64,000 bases of DNA, taken from the NCBI GenBank assembly GCA_019828565.1, contig JAHDYR010000029.1, positions 115,509 through 179,508 of the forward strand, given 5' to 3'. A program made the position numbers and the translations under genes. Below are positions 1 through 10,261 of this stretch, one piece after another. This DNA comes from Carpediemonas membranifera BICM. Its lineage: Eukaryota > Protista > Fornicata. How positions within the stretch are numbered: position 1 is the stretch's first letter; every line of letters starts with the position of its first letter. The notes beneath the pieces were generated by a model. That model had not been told where the DNA came from. It searched no databases and saw only the letters and a program-made list of their open reading frames with translations.

Positions 1-76
1 GTGCCCCGCTGGCTGGCACCCCGGCGACGACACCATCAACCCCGAGGACAAGAACGCCTACTTTAGCAAGCACTAA
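1..76 (+). CDS. Typical 2-Cys peroxiredoxin, 3' end only (truncated by window edge)
   Basis: Encodes [25 protein letters not shown], identical to the downstream copies. Confidence 0.93.
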   Translation, partial: CPAGWHPGDDTINPEDKNAYFSKH

Positions 77-280
77 ATAGTTTACTCACCCATGCTTTGA
101 ATGCCCACGATTTACCGCTCGTCCGCCTGACTGGCGCGGACACCGGCCTGCGTGACCGGTAGTGCAGTCAGCGCGCGTAGGATGTGAGTGGACGCTGTCG
201 TTGCCCGCAGCGCCTCAGTCCAGTGCCGGCCCAGACAAATTCACACGGTTGAAGCTGCGTTTAATCTTTCCGGGCGGCGC

Positions 281-594
281 TCAGGCGCTCTTGGCCTTCT
301 CGACGAGCTGGCGGATGGCGGCCTCGTTGGCGCCGACGACCTCACCGATCATCTGGCCGGCCTTGAAGGCCTTGAACGTGGGCATCGCGCGGACGCCTGC
401 GAGGCTGGCAGCCCCTGGTTCTGGTCGACGTCAACCTTCACGCAGGTGACGTTTGGGTTCTCCTCGGCGATCTTGATGAAGCGAGGGCCGATCATCTTGC
501 ACGGTGGGCACCAAGTGGCGAAGAAGTCGACGACTACGGGCGCGTCGCCGTTGATAAGCTGCTGGAATTCCTCAAGGGTTTCGATAACCTTCAT
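281..594 (-). CDS. Thioredoxin (WCPPC), copy 1, 1-nt frameshift near 416 (probable sequencing error)
   Basis: Identical to the intact copies except gcccctggtt vs gccccttggtt. Confidence 0.85.
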
Positions 595-735
595 GTTGTG
601 TTCGTTTGTGGACTGGCCGGATCACGGCTGCTGCTGTGGCATTGCCGTGGGTATTGCCAGAAAAAGACCAGAATCGATGCCGGCGAAGCTGCCGCAGTCG
701 CTGCCGCGGCATGACATAGAACGCAACTACTGCAC
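595..735. promoter_or_regulatory. Putative bidirectional promoter between head-to-head Trx and Prx (present in every unit)
   Basis: Only ~140 bp separates the two divergent ATGs; contains several TGCC(G/A) motifs. Confidence 0.55.
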
Positions 736-1324
736 ATGAACACTGTCCCCGTTATCTCCAAGCCCGCTCCCGCCTTCGAGGCCACCGCTGTGATGCCCGA
801 CGGCTCCTTCCAGAAGTTCAGCCTCGCTGAGCAGAAGGGCAAAGTACTTTGTCCTCGTCTTCTACCCCATGGACTTCACCTTCGTATGCCCCACCGAGAT
901 CATCGCCTTCTCCGAGGCCGCTGCCGAGTTCCGCAAGCTCGGCGCCGAGATCGCCGTCGTTTCCACCGACAGCGAGTTCGTCCACCTCGCCTGGCGCAAC
1001 ACCCCGCGCTCCGAGGGCGGCCTCGGTGAGCTGGCCATCCCCATGATCGCCGACACCAACCACGAGATCTCGAAGCAGTACGGCGTGCTCATCCCCGAGA
1101 TGGGCGTCGCCTTCCGCGGCCTCTTCATCATCGACGACAAGGGCATCCTCCGCCAGATCACCGTCAACGATCTGCCCGTCGGCCGCGACGTCGCCGAGAC
1201 CAAGCGCCTCCTCCAGGCCTTCCAGTTCACCGACAAGTACGGCGAGGTGTGCCCCGCTGGCTGGCACCCCGGCGACGACACCATCAACCCCGAGGACAAG
1301 AACGCCTACTTTAGCAAGCACTAA
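736..1324 (+). CDS. Typical 2-Cys peroxiredoxin, copy 1, +1 A at 841-843 (probable sequencing error)
   Basis: [13 protein letters not shown] peroxidatic motif and EVCP resolving motif; extra A relative to the other copies. Confidence 0.87.
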
Positions 1325-1528
1325 ATAGTTTACTCACCCATGCTTTGAATGCCCACGATTTACCGCTCGTCCGCCTGACTGGCGCGGACACCGGCCTGCG
1401 TGACCGGTAGTGCAGTCAGCGCGCGTAGGATGTGAGTGGACGCTGTCGTTGCCCGCAGCGCCTCAGTCCAGTGCCGGCCCAGACAAATTCACACGGTTGA
1501 AGCTGCGTTTAATCTTTCCGGGCGGCGC

Positions 1529-1843
1529 TCAGGCGCTCTTGGCCTTCTCGACGAGCTGGCGGATGGCGGCCTCGTTGGCGCCGACGACCTCACCGATCAT
1601 CTGGCCGGCCTTGAAGGCCTTGAACGTGGGCATCGCGCGGACGCCTGCGAGGCTGGCAGCCCCTTGGTTCTGGTCGACGTCAACCTTCACGCAGGTGACG
1701 TTTGGGTTCTCCTCGGCGATCTTGATGAAGCGAGGGCCGATCATCTTGCACGGTGGGCACCAAGTGGCGAAGAAGTCGACGACTACGGGCGCGTCGCCGT
1801 TGATAAGCTGCTGGAATTCCTCAAGGGTTTCGATAACCTTCAT
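1529..1843 (-). CDS. Thioredoxin (WCPPC active site), 104 aa
   Basis: VVVDFFATWCPPCK...KVDVD...MPTF thioredoxin signature. Confidence 0.96.
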   Translation of the reverse strand: MKVIETLEEFQQLINGDAPVVVDFFATWCPPCKMIGPRFIKIAEENPNVTCVKVDVDQNQGAASLAGVRAMPTFKAFKAGQMIGEVVGANEAAIRQLVEKAKSA

Positions 1844-1983
1844 GTTGTGTTCGTTTGTGGACTGGCCGGATCACGGCTGCTGCTGTGGCATTGCCGTGGG
1901 TATTGCCAGAAAAGACCAGAATCGATGCCGGCGAAGCTGCCGCAGTCGCTGCCGCGGCATGACATAGAACGCAACTACTGCAC

Positions 1984-2572
1984 ATGAACACTGTCCCCGT
2001 TATCTCCAAGCCCGCTCCCGCCTTCGAGGCCACCGCTGTGATGCCCGACGGCTCCTTCCAGAAGTTCAGCCTCGCTGAGCAGAAGGGCAAGTACTTTGTC
2101 CTCGTCTTCTACCCCATGGACTTCACCTTCGTATGCCCCACCGAGATCATCGCCTTCTCCGAGGCCGCTGCCGAGTTCCGCAAGCTCGGCGCCGAGATCG
2201 CCGTCGTTTCCACCGACAGCGAGTTCGTCCACCTCGCCTGGCGCAACACCCCGCGCTCCGAGGGCGGCCTCGGTGAGCTGGCCATCCCCATGATCGCCGA
2301 CACCAACCACGAGATCTCGAAGCAGTACGGCGTGCTCATCCCCGAGATGGGCGTCGCCTTCCGCGGCCTCTTCATCATCGACGACAAGGGCATCCTCCGC
2401 CAGATCACCGTCAACGATCTGCCCGTCGGCCGCGACGTCGCCGAGACCAAGCGCCTCCTCCAGGCCTTCCAGTTCACCGACAAAGTACGGCGAGGTGTGC
2501 CCCGCTGGCTGGCACCCCGGCGACGACACCATCAACCCCGAGGACAAGAACGCCTACTTTAGCAAGCACTAA
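1984..2572 (+). CDS. Typical 2-Cys peroxiredoxin, copy 2, +1 A at 2482-2484 (probable sequencing error)
   Basis: Identical to the intact copies apart from caaagtac vs caagtac. Confidence 0.87.
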
Positions 2573-2776
2573 ATAGTTTACTCACCCATGCTTTGAATGC
2601 CCACGATTTACCGCTCGTCCGCCTGACTGGCGCGGACACCGGCCTGCGTGACCGGTAGTGCAGTCAGCGCGCGTAGGATGTGAGTGGACGCTGTCGTTGC
2701 CCGCAGCGCCCCAGTCCAGTGCCGGCCCAGACAAATTCACACGGTTGAAGCTGCGTTTAATCTTTCCGGGCGGCGC

Positions 2777-3091
2777 TCAGGCGCTCTTGGCCTTCTCGAC
2801 GAGCTGGCGGATGGCGGCCTCGTTGGCGCCGACGACCTCACCGATCATCTGGCCGGCCTTGAAGGCCTTGAACGTGGGCATCGCGCGGACGCCTGCGAGG
2901 CTGGCAGCCCCTTGGTTCTGGTCGACGTCAACCTTCACGCAGGTGACGTTTGGGTTCTCCTCGGCGATCTTGATGAAGCGAGGGCCGATCATCTTGCACG
3001 GTGGGCACCAAGTGGCGAAGAAGTCGACGACTACGGGCGCGTCGCCGTTGATAAGCTGCTGGAATTCCTCAAGGGTTTCGATAACCTTCAT
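2777..3091 (-). CDS. Thioredoxin (WCPPC)
   Basis: Intact 104-aa copy. Confidence 0.96.
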   Translation of the reverse strand: MKVIETLEEFQQLINGDAPVVVDFFATWCPPCKMIGPRFIKIAEENPNVTCVKVDVDQNQGAASLAGVRAMPTFKAFKAGQMIGEVVGANEAAIRQLVEKAKSA

Positions 3092-3231
3092 GTTGTGTTC
3101 GTTTGTGGACTGGCCGGATCACGGCTGCTGCTGTGGCATTGCCGTGGGTATTGCCAGAAAAGACCAGAATCGATGCCGGCGAAGCTGCCGCAGTCGCTGC
3201 CGCGGCATGACATAGAACGCAACTACTGCAC

Positions 3232-3819
3232 ATGAACACTGTCCCCGTTATCTCCAAGCCCGCTCCCGCCTTCGAGGCCACCGCTGTGATGCCCGACGGC
3301 TCCTTCCAGAAGTTCAGCCTCGCTGAGCAGAAGGGCAAGTACTTTGTCCTCGTCTTCTACCCCATGGACTTCACCTTCGTATGCCCCACCGAGATCATCG
3401 CCTTCTCCGAGGCCGCTGCCGAGTTCCGCAAGCTCGGCGCCGAGATCGCCGTCGTTTCCACCGACAGCGAGTTCGTCCACCTCGCCTGGCGCAACACCCC
3501 GCGCTCCGAGGGCGGCCTCGGTGAGCTGGCCATCCCCATGATCGCCGACACCAACCACGAGATCTCGAAGCAGTACGGCGTGCTCATCCCCGAGATGGGC
3601 GTCGCCTTCCGCGGCCTCTTCATCATCGACGACAAGGGCATCCTCCGCCAGATCACCGTCAACGATCTGCCCGTCGGCCGCGACGTCGCCGAGACCAAGC
3701 GCCTCCTCCAGGCCTTCCAGTTCACCGACAAGTACGGCGAGGTGTGCCCCGCTGGCTGGCACCCCGGCGACGACACCATCAACCCCGAGGACAAGAACGC
3801 CTACTTTAGCAAGCACTAA
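3232..3819 (+). CDS. Typical 2-Cys peroxiredoxin (Prx1/AhpC-TSA family), 195 aa
   Basis: [13 protein letters not shown], GGLG, EVCP and C-terminal YF motifs. Confidence 0.97.
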   Translation: MNTVPVISKPAPAFEATAVMPDGSFQKFSLAEQKGKYFVLVFYPMDFTFVCPTEIIAFSEAAAEFRKLGAEIAVVSTDSEFVHLAWRNTPRSEGGLGELAIPMIADTNHEISKQYGVLIPEMGVAFRGLFIIDDKGILRQITVNDLPVGRDVAETKRLLQAFQFTDKYGEVCPAGWHPGDDTINPEDKNAYFSKH

Positions 3820-4024
3820 ATAGTTTACTCACCCATGCTTTGAATGCCCACGATTTACCGCTCGTCCGCCTGACTGGCGCGGACACCGGCCTGCGTGACC
3901 GGTAGTGCAGTCAGCGCGCGTAGGATGTGAGTGGACGCTGTCGTTGCCCGCAGCGCCCCAGTCCAGTGCCGGCCCAGACAAATTCACACGGTTGAAGCTG
4001 CGTTTAATCTTTTCCGGGCGGCGC

Positions 4025-4339
4025 TCAGGCGCTCTTGGCCTTCTCGACGAGCTGGCGGATGGCGGCCTCGTTGGCGCCGACGACCTCACCGATCATCTGG
4101 CCGGCCTTGAAGGCCTTGAACGTGGGCATCGCGCGGACGCCTGCGAGGCTGGCAGCCCCTTGGTTCTGGTCGACGTCAACCTTCACGCAGGTGACGTTTG
4201 GGTTCTCCTCGGCGATCTTGATGAAGCGAGGGCCGATCATCTTGCACGGTGGGCACCAAGTGGCGAAGAAGTCGACGACTACGGGCGCGTCGCCGTTGAT
4301 AAGCTGCTGGAATTCCTCAAGGGTTTCGATAACCTTCAT
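4025..4339 (-). CDS. Thioredoxin (WCPPC)
   Basis: Intact 104-aa copy. Confidence 0.96.
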   Translation of the reverse strand: MKVIETLEEFQQLINGDAPVVVDFFATWCPPCKMIGPRFIKIAEENPNVTCVKVDVDQNQGAASLAGVRAMPTFKAFKAGQMIGEVVGANEAAIRQLVEKAKSA

Positions 4340-4479
4340 GTTGTGTTCGTTTGTGGACTGGCCGGATCACGGCTGCTGCTGTGGCATTGCCGTGGGTATT
4401 GCCAGAAAAGACCAGAATCGATGCCGGCGAAGCTGCCGCAGTCGCTGCCGCGGCATGACATAGAACGCAACTACTGCAC

Positions 4480-5067
4480 ATGAACACTGTCCCCGTTATC
4501 TCCAAGCCCGCTCCCGCCTTCGAGGCCACCGCTGTGATGCCCGACGGCTCCTTCCAGAAGTTCAGCCTCGCTGAGCAGAAGGGCAAGTACTTTGTCCTCG
4601 TCTTCTACCCCATGGACTTCACCTTCGTATGCCCCACCGAGATCATCGCCTTCTCCGAGGCCGCTGCCGAGTTCCGCAAGCTCGGCGCCGAGATCGCCGT
4701 CGTTTCCACCGACAGCGAGTTCGTCCACCTCGCCTGGCGCAACACCCCGCGCTCCGAGGGCGGCCTCGGTGAGCTGGCCATCCCCATGATCGCCGACACC
4801 AACCACGAGATCTCGAAGCAGTACGGCGTGCTCATCCCCGAGATGGGCGTCGCCTTCCGCGGCCTCTTCATCATCGACGACAAGGGCATCCTCCGCCAGA
4901 TCACCGTCAACGATCTGCCCGTCGGCCGCGACGTCGCCGAGACCAAGCGCCTCCTCCAGGCCTTCCAGTTCACCGACAAGTACGGCGAGGTGTGCCCCGC
5001 TGGCTGGCACCCCGGCGACGACACCATCAACCCCGAGGACAAGAACGCCTACTTTAGCAAGCACTAA
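4480..5067 (+). CDS. Typical 2-Cys peroxiredoxin
   Basis: Intact 195-aa copy. Confidence 0.97.
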   Translation: MNTVPVISKPAPAFEATAVMPDGSFQKFSLAEQKGKYFVLVFYPMDFTFVCPTEIIAFSEAAAEFRKLGAEIAVVSTDSEFVHLAWRNTPRSEGGLGELAIPMIADTNHEISKQYGVLIPEMGVAFRGLFIIDDKGILRQITVNDLPVGRDVAETKRLLQAFQFTDKYGEVCPAGWHPGDDTINPEDKNAYFSKH

Positions 5068-5272
5068 ATAGTTTACTCACCCATGCTTTGAATGCCCACG
5101 ATTTACCGCTCGTCCGCCTGACTGGCGCGGACACCGGCCTGCGTGACCGGTAGTGCAGTCAGCGCGCGTAGGATGTGAGTGGACGCTGTCGTTGCCCGCA
5201 GCGCCCCAGTCCAGTGCCGGCCCAGACAAATTCACACGGTTGAAGCTGCGTTTAATCTTTTCCGGGCGGCGC

Positions 5273-5587
5273 TCAGGCGCTCTTGGCCTTCTCGACGAGC
5301 TGGCGGATGGCGGCCTCGTTGGCGCCGACGACCTCACCGATCATCTGGCCGGCCTTGAAGGCCTTGAACGTGGGCATCGCGCGGACGCCTGCGAGGCTGG
5401 CAGCCCCTTGGTTCTGGTCGACGTCAACCTTCACGCAGGTGACGTTTGGGTTCTCCTCGGCGATCTTGATGAAGCGAGGGCCGATCATCTTGCACGGTGG
5501 GCACCAAGTGGCGAAGAAGTCGACGACTACGGGCGCGTCGCCGTTGATAAGCTGCTGGAATTCCTCAAGGGTTTCGATAACCTTCAT
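5273..5587 (-). CDS. Thioredoxin (WCPPC)
   Basis: Intact 104-aa copy. Confidence 0.96.
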   Translation of the reverse strand: MKVIETLEEFQQLINGDAPVVVDFFATWCPPCKMIGPRFIKIAEENPNVTCVKVDVDQNQGAASLAGVRAMPTFKAFKAGQMIGEVVGANEAAIRQLVEKAKSA

Positions 5588-5727
5588 GTTGTGTTCGTTT
5601 GTGGACTGGCCGGATCACGGCTGCTGCTGTGGCATTGCCGTGGGTATTGCCAGAAAAGACCAGAATCGATGCCGGCGAAGCTGCCGCAGTCGCTGCCGCG
5701 GCATGACATAGAACGCAACTACTGCAC

Positions 5728-6315
5728 ATGAACACTGTCCCCGTTATCTCCAAGCCCGCTCCCGCCTTCGAGGCCACCGCTGTGATGCCCGACGGCTCCT
5801 TCCAGAAGTTCAGCCTCGCTGAGCAGAAGGGCAAGTACTTTGTCCTCGTCTTCTACCCCATGGACTTCACCTTCGTATGCCCCACCGAGATCATCGCCTT
5901 CTCCGAGGCCGCTGCCGAGTTCCGCAAGCTCGGCGCCGAGATCGCCGTCGTTTCCACCGACAGCGAGTTCGTCCACCTCGCCTGGCGCAACACCCCGCGC
6001 TCCGAGGGCGGCCTCGGTGAGCTGGCCATCCCCATGATCGCCGACACCAACCACGAGATCTCGAAGCAGTACGGCGTGCTCATCCCCGAGATGGGCGTCG
6101 CCTTCCGCGGCCTCTTCATCATCGACGACAAGGGCATCCTCCGCCAGATCACCGTCAACGATCTGCCCGTCGGCCGCGACGTCGCCGAGACCAAGCGCCT
6201 CCTCCAGGCCTTCCAGTTCACCGACAAGTACGGCGAGGTGTGCCCCGCTGGCTGGCACCCCGGCGACGACACCATCAACCCCGAGGACAAGAACGCCTAC
6301 TTTAGCAAGCACTAA
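5728..6315 (+). CDS. Typical 2-Cys peroxiredoxin
   Basis: Intact 195-aa copy. Confidence 0.97.
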   Translation: MNTVPVISKPAPAFEATAVMPDGSFQKFSLAEQKGKYFVLVFYPMDFTFVCPTEIIAFSEAAAEFRKLGAEIAVVSTDSEFVHLAWRNTPRSEGGLGELAIPMIADTNHEISKQYGVLIPEMGVAFRGLFIIDDKGILRQITVNDLPVGRDVAETKRLLQAFQFTDKYGEVCPAGWHPGDDTINPEDKNAYFSKH

Positions 6316-6520
6316 ATAGTTTACTCACCCATGCTTTGAATGCCCACGATTTACCGCTCGTCCGCCTGACTGGCGCGGACACCGGCCTGCGTGACCGGTA
6401 GTGCAGTCAGCGCGCGTAGGATGTGAGTGGACGCTGTCGTTGCCCGCAGCGCCTCAGTCCAGTGCCGGCCCAGACAAATTCACACGGTTGAAGCTGCGTT
6501 TAATCTTTTCCGGGCGGCGC

Positions 6521-6835
6521 TCAGGCGCTCTTGGCCTTCTCGACGAGCTGGCGGATGGCGGCCTCGTTGGCGCCGACGACCTCACCGATCATCTGGCCGG
6601 CCTTGAAGGCCTTGAACGTGGGCATCGCGCGGACGCCTGCGAGGCTGGCAGCCCCTTGGTTCTGGTCGACGTCAACCTTCACGCAGGTGACGTTTGGGTT
6701 CTCCTCGGCGATCTTGATGAAGCGAGGGCCGATCATCTTGCACGGTGGGCACCAAGTGGCGAAGAAGTCGACGACTACGGGCGCGTCGCCGTTGATAAGC
6801 TGCTGGAATTCCTCAAGGGTTTCGATAACCTTCAT
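6521..6835 (-). CDS. Thioredoxin (WCPPC)
   Basis: Intact 104-aa copy. Confidence 0.96.
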   Translation of the reverse strand: MKVIETLEEFQQLINGDAPVVVDFFATWCPPCKMIGPRFIKIAEENPNVTCVKVDVDQNQGAASLAGVRAMPTFKAFKAGQMIGEVVGANEAAIRQLVEKAKSA

Positions 6836-6975
6836 GTTGTGTTCGTTTGTGGACTGGCCGGATCACGGCTGCTGCTGTGGCATTGCCGTGGGTATTGCCA
6901 GAAAAGACCAGAATCGATGCCGGCGAAGCTGCCGCAGTCGCTGCCGCGGCATGACATAGAACGCAACTACTGCAC

Positions 6976-7563
6976 ATGAACACTGTCCCCGTTATCTCCA
7001 AGCCCGCTCCCGCCTTCGAGGCCACCGCTGTGATGCCCGACGGCTCCTTCCAGAAGTTCAGCCTCGCTGAGCAGAAGGGCAAGTACTTTGTCCTCGTCTT
7101 CTACCCCATGGACTTCACCTTCGTATGCCCCACCGAGATCATCGCCTTCTCCGAGGCCGCTGCCGAGTTCCGCAAGCTCGGCGCCGAGATCGCCGTCGTT
7201 TCCACCGACAGCGAGTTCGTCCACCTCGCCTGGCGCAACACCCCGCGCTCCGAGGGCGGCCTCGGTGAGCTGGCCATCCCCATGATCGCCGACACCAACC
7301 ACGAGATCTCGAAGCAGTACGGCGTGCTCATCCCCGAGATGGGCGTCGCCTTCCGCGGCCTCTTCATCATCGACGACAAGGGCATCCTCCGCCAGATCAC
7401 CGTCAACGATCTGCCCGTCGGCCGCGACGTCGCCGAGACCAAGCGCCTCCTCCAGGCCTTCCAGTTCACCGACAAGTACGGCGAGGTGTGCCCCGCTGGC
7501 TGGCACCCCGGCGACGACACCATCAACCCCGAGGACAAGAACGCCTACTTTAGCAAGCACTAA
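6976..7563 (+). CDS. Typical 2-Cys peroxiredoxin (last copy of the array)
   Basis: Intact 195-aa copy. Confidence 0.97.
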   Translation: MNTVPVISKPAPAFEATAVMPDGSFQKFSLAEQKGKYFVLVFYPMDFTFVCPTEIIAFSEAAAEFRKLGAEIAVVSTDSEFVHLAWRNTPRSEGGLGELAIPMIADTNHEISKQYGVLIPEMGVAFRGLFIIDDKGILRQITVNDLPVGRDVAETKRLLQAFQFTDKYGEVCPAGWHPGDDTINPEDKNAYFSKH

Positions 7564-7656
7564 ATAGTTTACTTACCCATGCTTCCGTTCACACCACCCA
7601 GCCGGACATGGCTGACACGGCAGCATTTACATTGCTATGTACACTCCCTACACACC

Positions 7657-8760
7657 TCACTTCCTGTTCCTGTAACCTTGCCCGGTGGGCGGGTACATCG
7701 GGTAGACCGCCCTCTGGCCGTACTGGCCGGTTGGGACATACGCTCCGTACCCAACCGGACGGGCTATGGCCTGCGTAGCCTGCCGCTGCCTCTGCTGGTT
7801 GAGCTGAGCTATTTGCTGTCTCTTCAAGACCTGGCGCCGATGGATGCGAGTTTGGACGACGACGCAGGCACAGCACGTGATACAGCAGGCCGACAGCGAA
7901 CAGCAGCACAGTAGCAGCACTGCGGTCACTGGTATGGCTAGAATGATGCCGACGATGACGAGGATGGCGGTGATGACGAGCTCGACTGTGTCGAAGTCAC
8001 AGTCGCCATCGACCAGCTCATTGAAGCCCGACGCAATGGCCTTCATAGCCTCCTGCTGCCTGTCTATGATTGTATACCCGTCCAGGCCAACTGAAGGGCC
8101 GTCGGATTCCCCTTTAAGCGTGTCGAGGACGTCCTTGGCCCCATCTGACACTGCCAGCCCGCCCATGACCGTGCCTCGAGACGTTAAGTTAGTAAAGGCC
8201 TCGCTGGTTGAGTTCCAAGACGGTTCATCGCCGAGTACGAAGTAGATGGAGGGGATCCGGTCGGAGTCTGAGTCGACGAAGGCTGCCAGGGCCTGCTCCA
8301 GTGCTGTGTCTAGGTCTGCCATCTCGTGTGTGACAGTGAGGGACCACACGAGGTCATTGTCCGTGGCGGCCAGCAGGTAGCCGATATCGAGCACGACCTC
8401 GTCTGGTTTTTTCAGACGCAACTCGGAGTTCGTCGCCGGGTAGACGCCGGTGTTTGAGCCCATGAGTACGAGCCCGATGCGGTCGTCGTTAGCCCTGAGC
8501 TGTGGGATCCAGGTGGCGAAGGCCGACAGGATGGGGTAGCGGTCGGACAGATCAAGGGTCGCCACGTCCACAACCAGCACCACATCGTGGGCCTGGTGGG
8601 AGCAGATATGCTGCCACGGGCTTATGACGCTGTCTAGGTAGTCGTAGCCCTCGTTGAAGAGCTCAAGGGCGCTGGGGACCGAAGGGGAAAGAGTCGTGAC
8701 ATCCTGGTAGGATAATCCGCATAGCAACGCCACAATGAGCGTTATTGCAAGGGTTTTCAT
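7657..8760 (-). CDS. Type I membrane protein with vWA-like ectodomain, Cys-rich juxtamembrane segment and Q/Y/P-rich tail
   Basis: Signal peptide MKTLAITLIVALLCGLS. vWA-like strands DVVLVVDV / DRIGLVLMGS / SIYFVLGD. TM helix followed by CCCSLSACCITCCAC. Confidence 0.7.
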   Translation of the reverse strand: MKTLAITLIVALLCGLSYQDVTTLSPSVPSALELFNEGYDYLDSVISPWQHICSHQAHDVVLVVDVATLDLSDRYPILSAFATWIPQLRANDDRIGLVLMGSNTGVYPATNSELRLKKPDEVVLDIGYLLAATDNDLVWSLTVTHEMADLDTALEQALAAFVDSDSDRIPSIYFVLGDEPSWNSTSEAFTNLTSRGTVMGGLAVSDGAKDVLDTLKGESDGPSVGLDGYTIIDRQQEAMKAIASGFNELVDGDCDFDTVELVITAILVIVGIILAIPVTAVLLLCCCSLSACCITCCACVVVQTRIHRRQVLKRQQIAQLNQQRQRQATQAIARPVGYGAYVPTGQYGQRAVYPMYPPTGQGYRNRK

Positions 8761-8922
8761 CTCGTTCGCTTGCTTGTCTAATTATGGCATGCGATGGCTG
8801 CGAAGCAGAAATTCTGTAGACTTCCAGGAGATCGTGTGAGATCTACGAAGATACGCCGACACTCCCAACCCGCATCCAATCACCCAGACCATCCAAGATA
8901 TTTTAGAGAGCTATGTTACCAT

Positions 8923-9984
8923 TCAATCCGAGTCAACCTCAAAATCGTCCTCGAACTCGCCGTCATCCGCCTTCACCGCTGGACTGGCGATCGCGGGCGA
9001 CGTCTCCGCCAGGGGAGACCGGACCTTGGCCTCTGTCTTGTCGACTGTAGTCAGGGGCGAGGTCTGGCTGCCCGACCGAGAGTGGCCCTTCCCCCCCCGC
9101 CTTGCCTTCAGAGCAGGGGAGAATTCAGCCGCCTCCTGCAAGTGCGTCGCCGTCTTGACATGTGCCTGGAGGGCGGCGTTCGCTTCAGTCAGTCTGGCGA
9201 TCTTCTGCTCGGCATGCTTCAGCTGGAGCTCGAGCCTCTTTGTCGCGCTGACCTTGGAGTGCTCGAGGCTCTTGACCCGCTGGCTGACCTTATCCCGCTC
9301 GACCCTGAACTCCTCTCTCTCCTTGCTCAGGGCGCTGAACTTCTCCAGGGCAGCAGTGGCCGCCTCCACCGAGTCCGTCCCCGTGCACTGCAGCAGCGTC
9401 GCCTGCAGCCCCCGGTATTTCTCGGTCACCTTGGCGTAGGCCAGCTTCACCTTTCGGGCTGCGTTCTCGTCGACCCGGGACGACTGCTGCTGCCTTATCG
9501 AAAGCTTCAGTGCCCGGATCTCGTTCTGGTAGGCCTGGACCATCTGGTGTGGCTCGGCGAGCTGCTCGTCGTACCGTGTCAGGGCCTTCTCCTGCTCTCG
9601 CTGCACCCGCTTCAGCGCCTTGTTCTCGTCGAGGATCTTCTTCATGTTGATCCTGAGCTCCTTCACCTTGTTCTCAAGGCCTGTGATGGTCTCGGCGGCA
9701 ACACTGTACTGCTGGACCTGCCGCGAGAGACGGGCGTTGTCTCGGCGGATAATCGCCATCTTCTTCTCCCAGATGGACGACATCGAGCGCGTCGATGACG
9801 GACGGCTCTCAGTGTCACTCTTGTGCTTCAGCTGGTTCGTAAGGTGGTCTACTTTCGTCCGAAGCTTCAAATTTTCAGATCGGAGCCGTTCAAGCTCGGC
9901 AGAGGCTTCGTTCGTACCACCTTGTTCATTTTCGCTTTCCGAAATCTCATCTACCTCAAAGTCATCGTCGTAATCGGACGTCAT
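8923..9984 (-). CDS. Lebercilin-like coiled-coil ciliary protein
   Basis: ENKALKRVQREQEKALTRYDE...YQNEIRALK resembles the lebercilin (LCA5) domain; acidic DDDFE motifs at both termini. Confidence 0.65.
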   Translation of the reverse strand: MTSDYDDDFEVDEISESENEQGGTNEASAELERLRSENLKLRTKVDHLTNQLKHKSDTESRPSSTRSMSSIWEKKMAIIRRDNARLSRQVQQYSVAAETITGLENKVKELRINMKKILDENKALKRVQREQEKALTRYDEQLAEPHQMVQAYQNEIRALKLSIRQQQSSRVDENAARKVKLAYAKVTEKYRGLQATLLQCTGTDSVEAATAALEKFSALSKEREEFRVERDKVSQRVKSLEHSKVSATKRLELQLKHAEQKIARLTEANAALQAHVKTATHLQEAAEFSPALKARRGGKGHSRSGSQTSPLTTVDKTEAKVRSPLAETSPAIASPAVKADDGEFEDDFEVDSD

Positions 9985-10261
9985 GCGTCTGTTCGTGCCT
10001 CGAGGCCAAAATATCCGTGCAGTTTATGCTAAAAGATGATGAGCTCTCCTGTTTTGACCATTTATGACAGCTCCTGTCATTACTATAGTACCCCAGCCGC
10101 GGCTCAAACGATGACCAGCTCACTGTGGAGGCGGTAACATCCCCGGTGAGCCGGCCTTTTCTATTTGATGCGTATCCCTACTGGCAGCACCGATCTCAAC
10201 ACCGTCTCTCTCGACCCCACTGAAGCACCAGTCACCAGTCATCATACCACCCCGCATTTAC

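Larger units (their letters stand above)
1..7584. repeat. Tandem array of a ~1248-bp unit containing divergent thioredoxin and peroxiredoxin genes; 6 complete units plus a partial one, extending left of the window
   Basis: ORFs recur at exact 1248-bp offsets (Prx starts 736, 1984, 3232, 4480, 5728, 6976). Units differ only by a C/T SNP in the spacer and homopolymer-length differences. Identity ends at ~7584. Confidence 0.98.

Noticed and set aside
281-2572. Frameshifts in Trx copy 1 and Prx copies 1 and 2 as pseudogenisation or programmed frameshifting
   Set aside because: All are single-base homopolymer-length changes in otherwise identical copies, the typical long-read error in an unpolished repeat.
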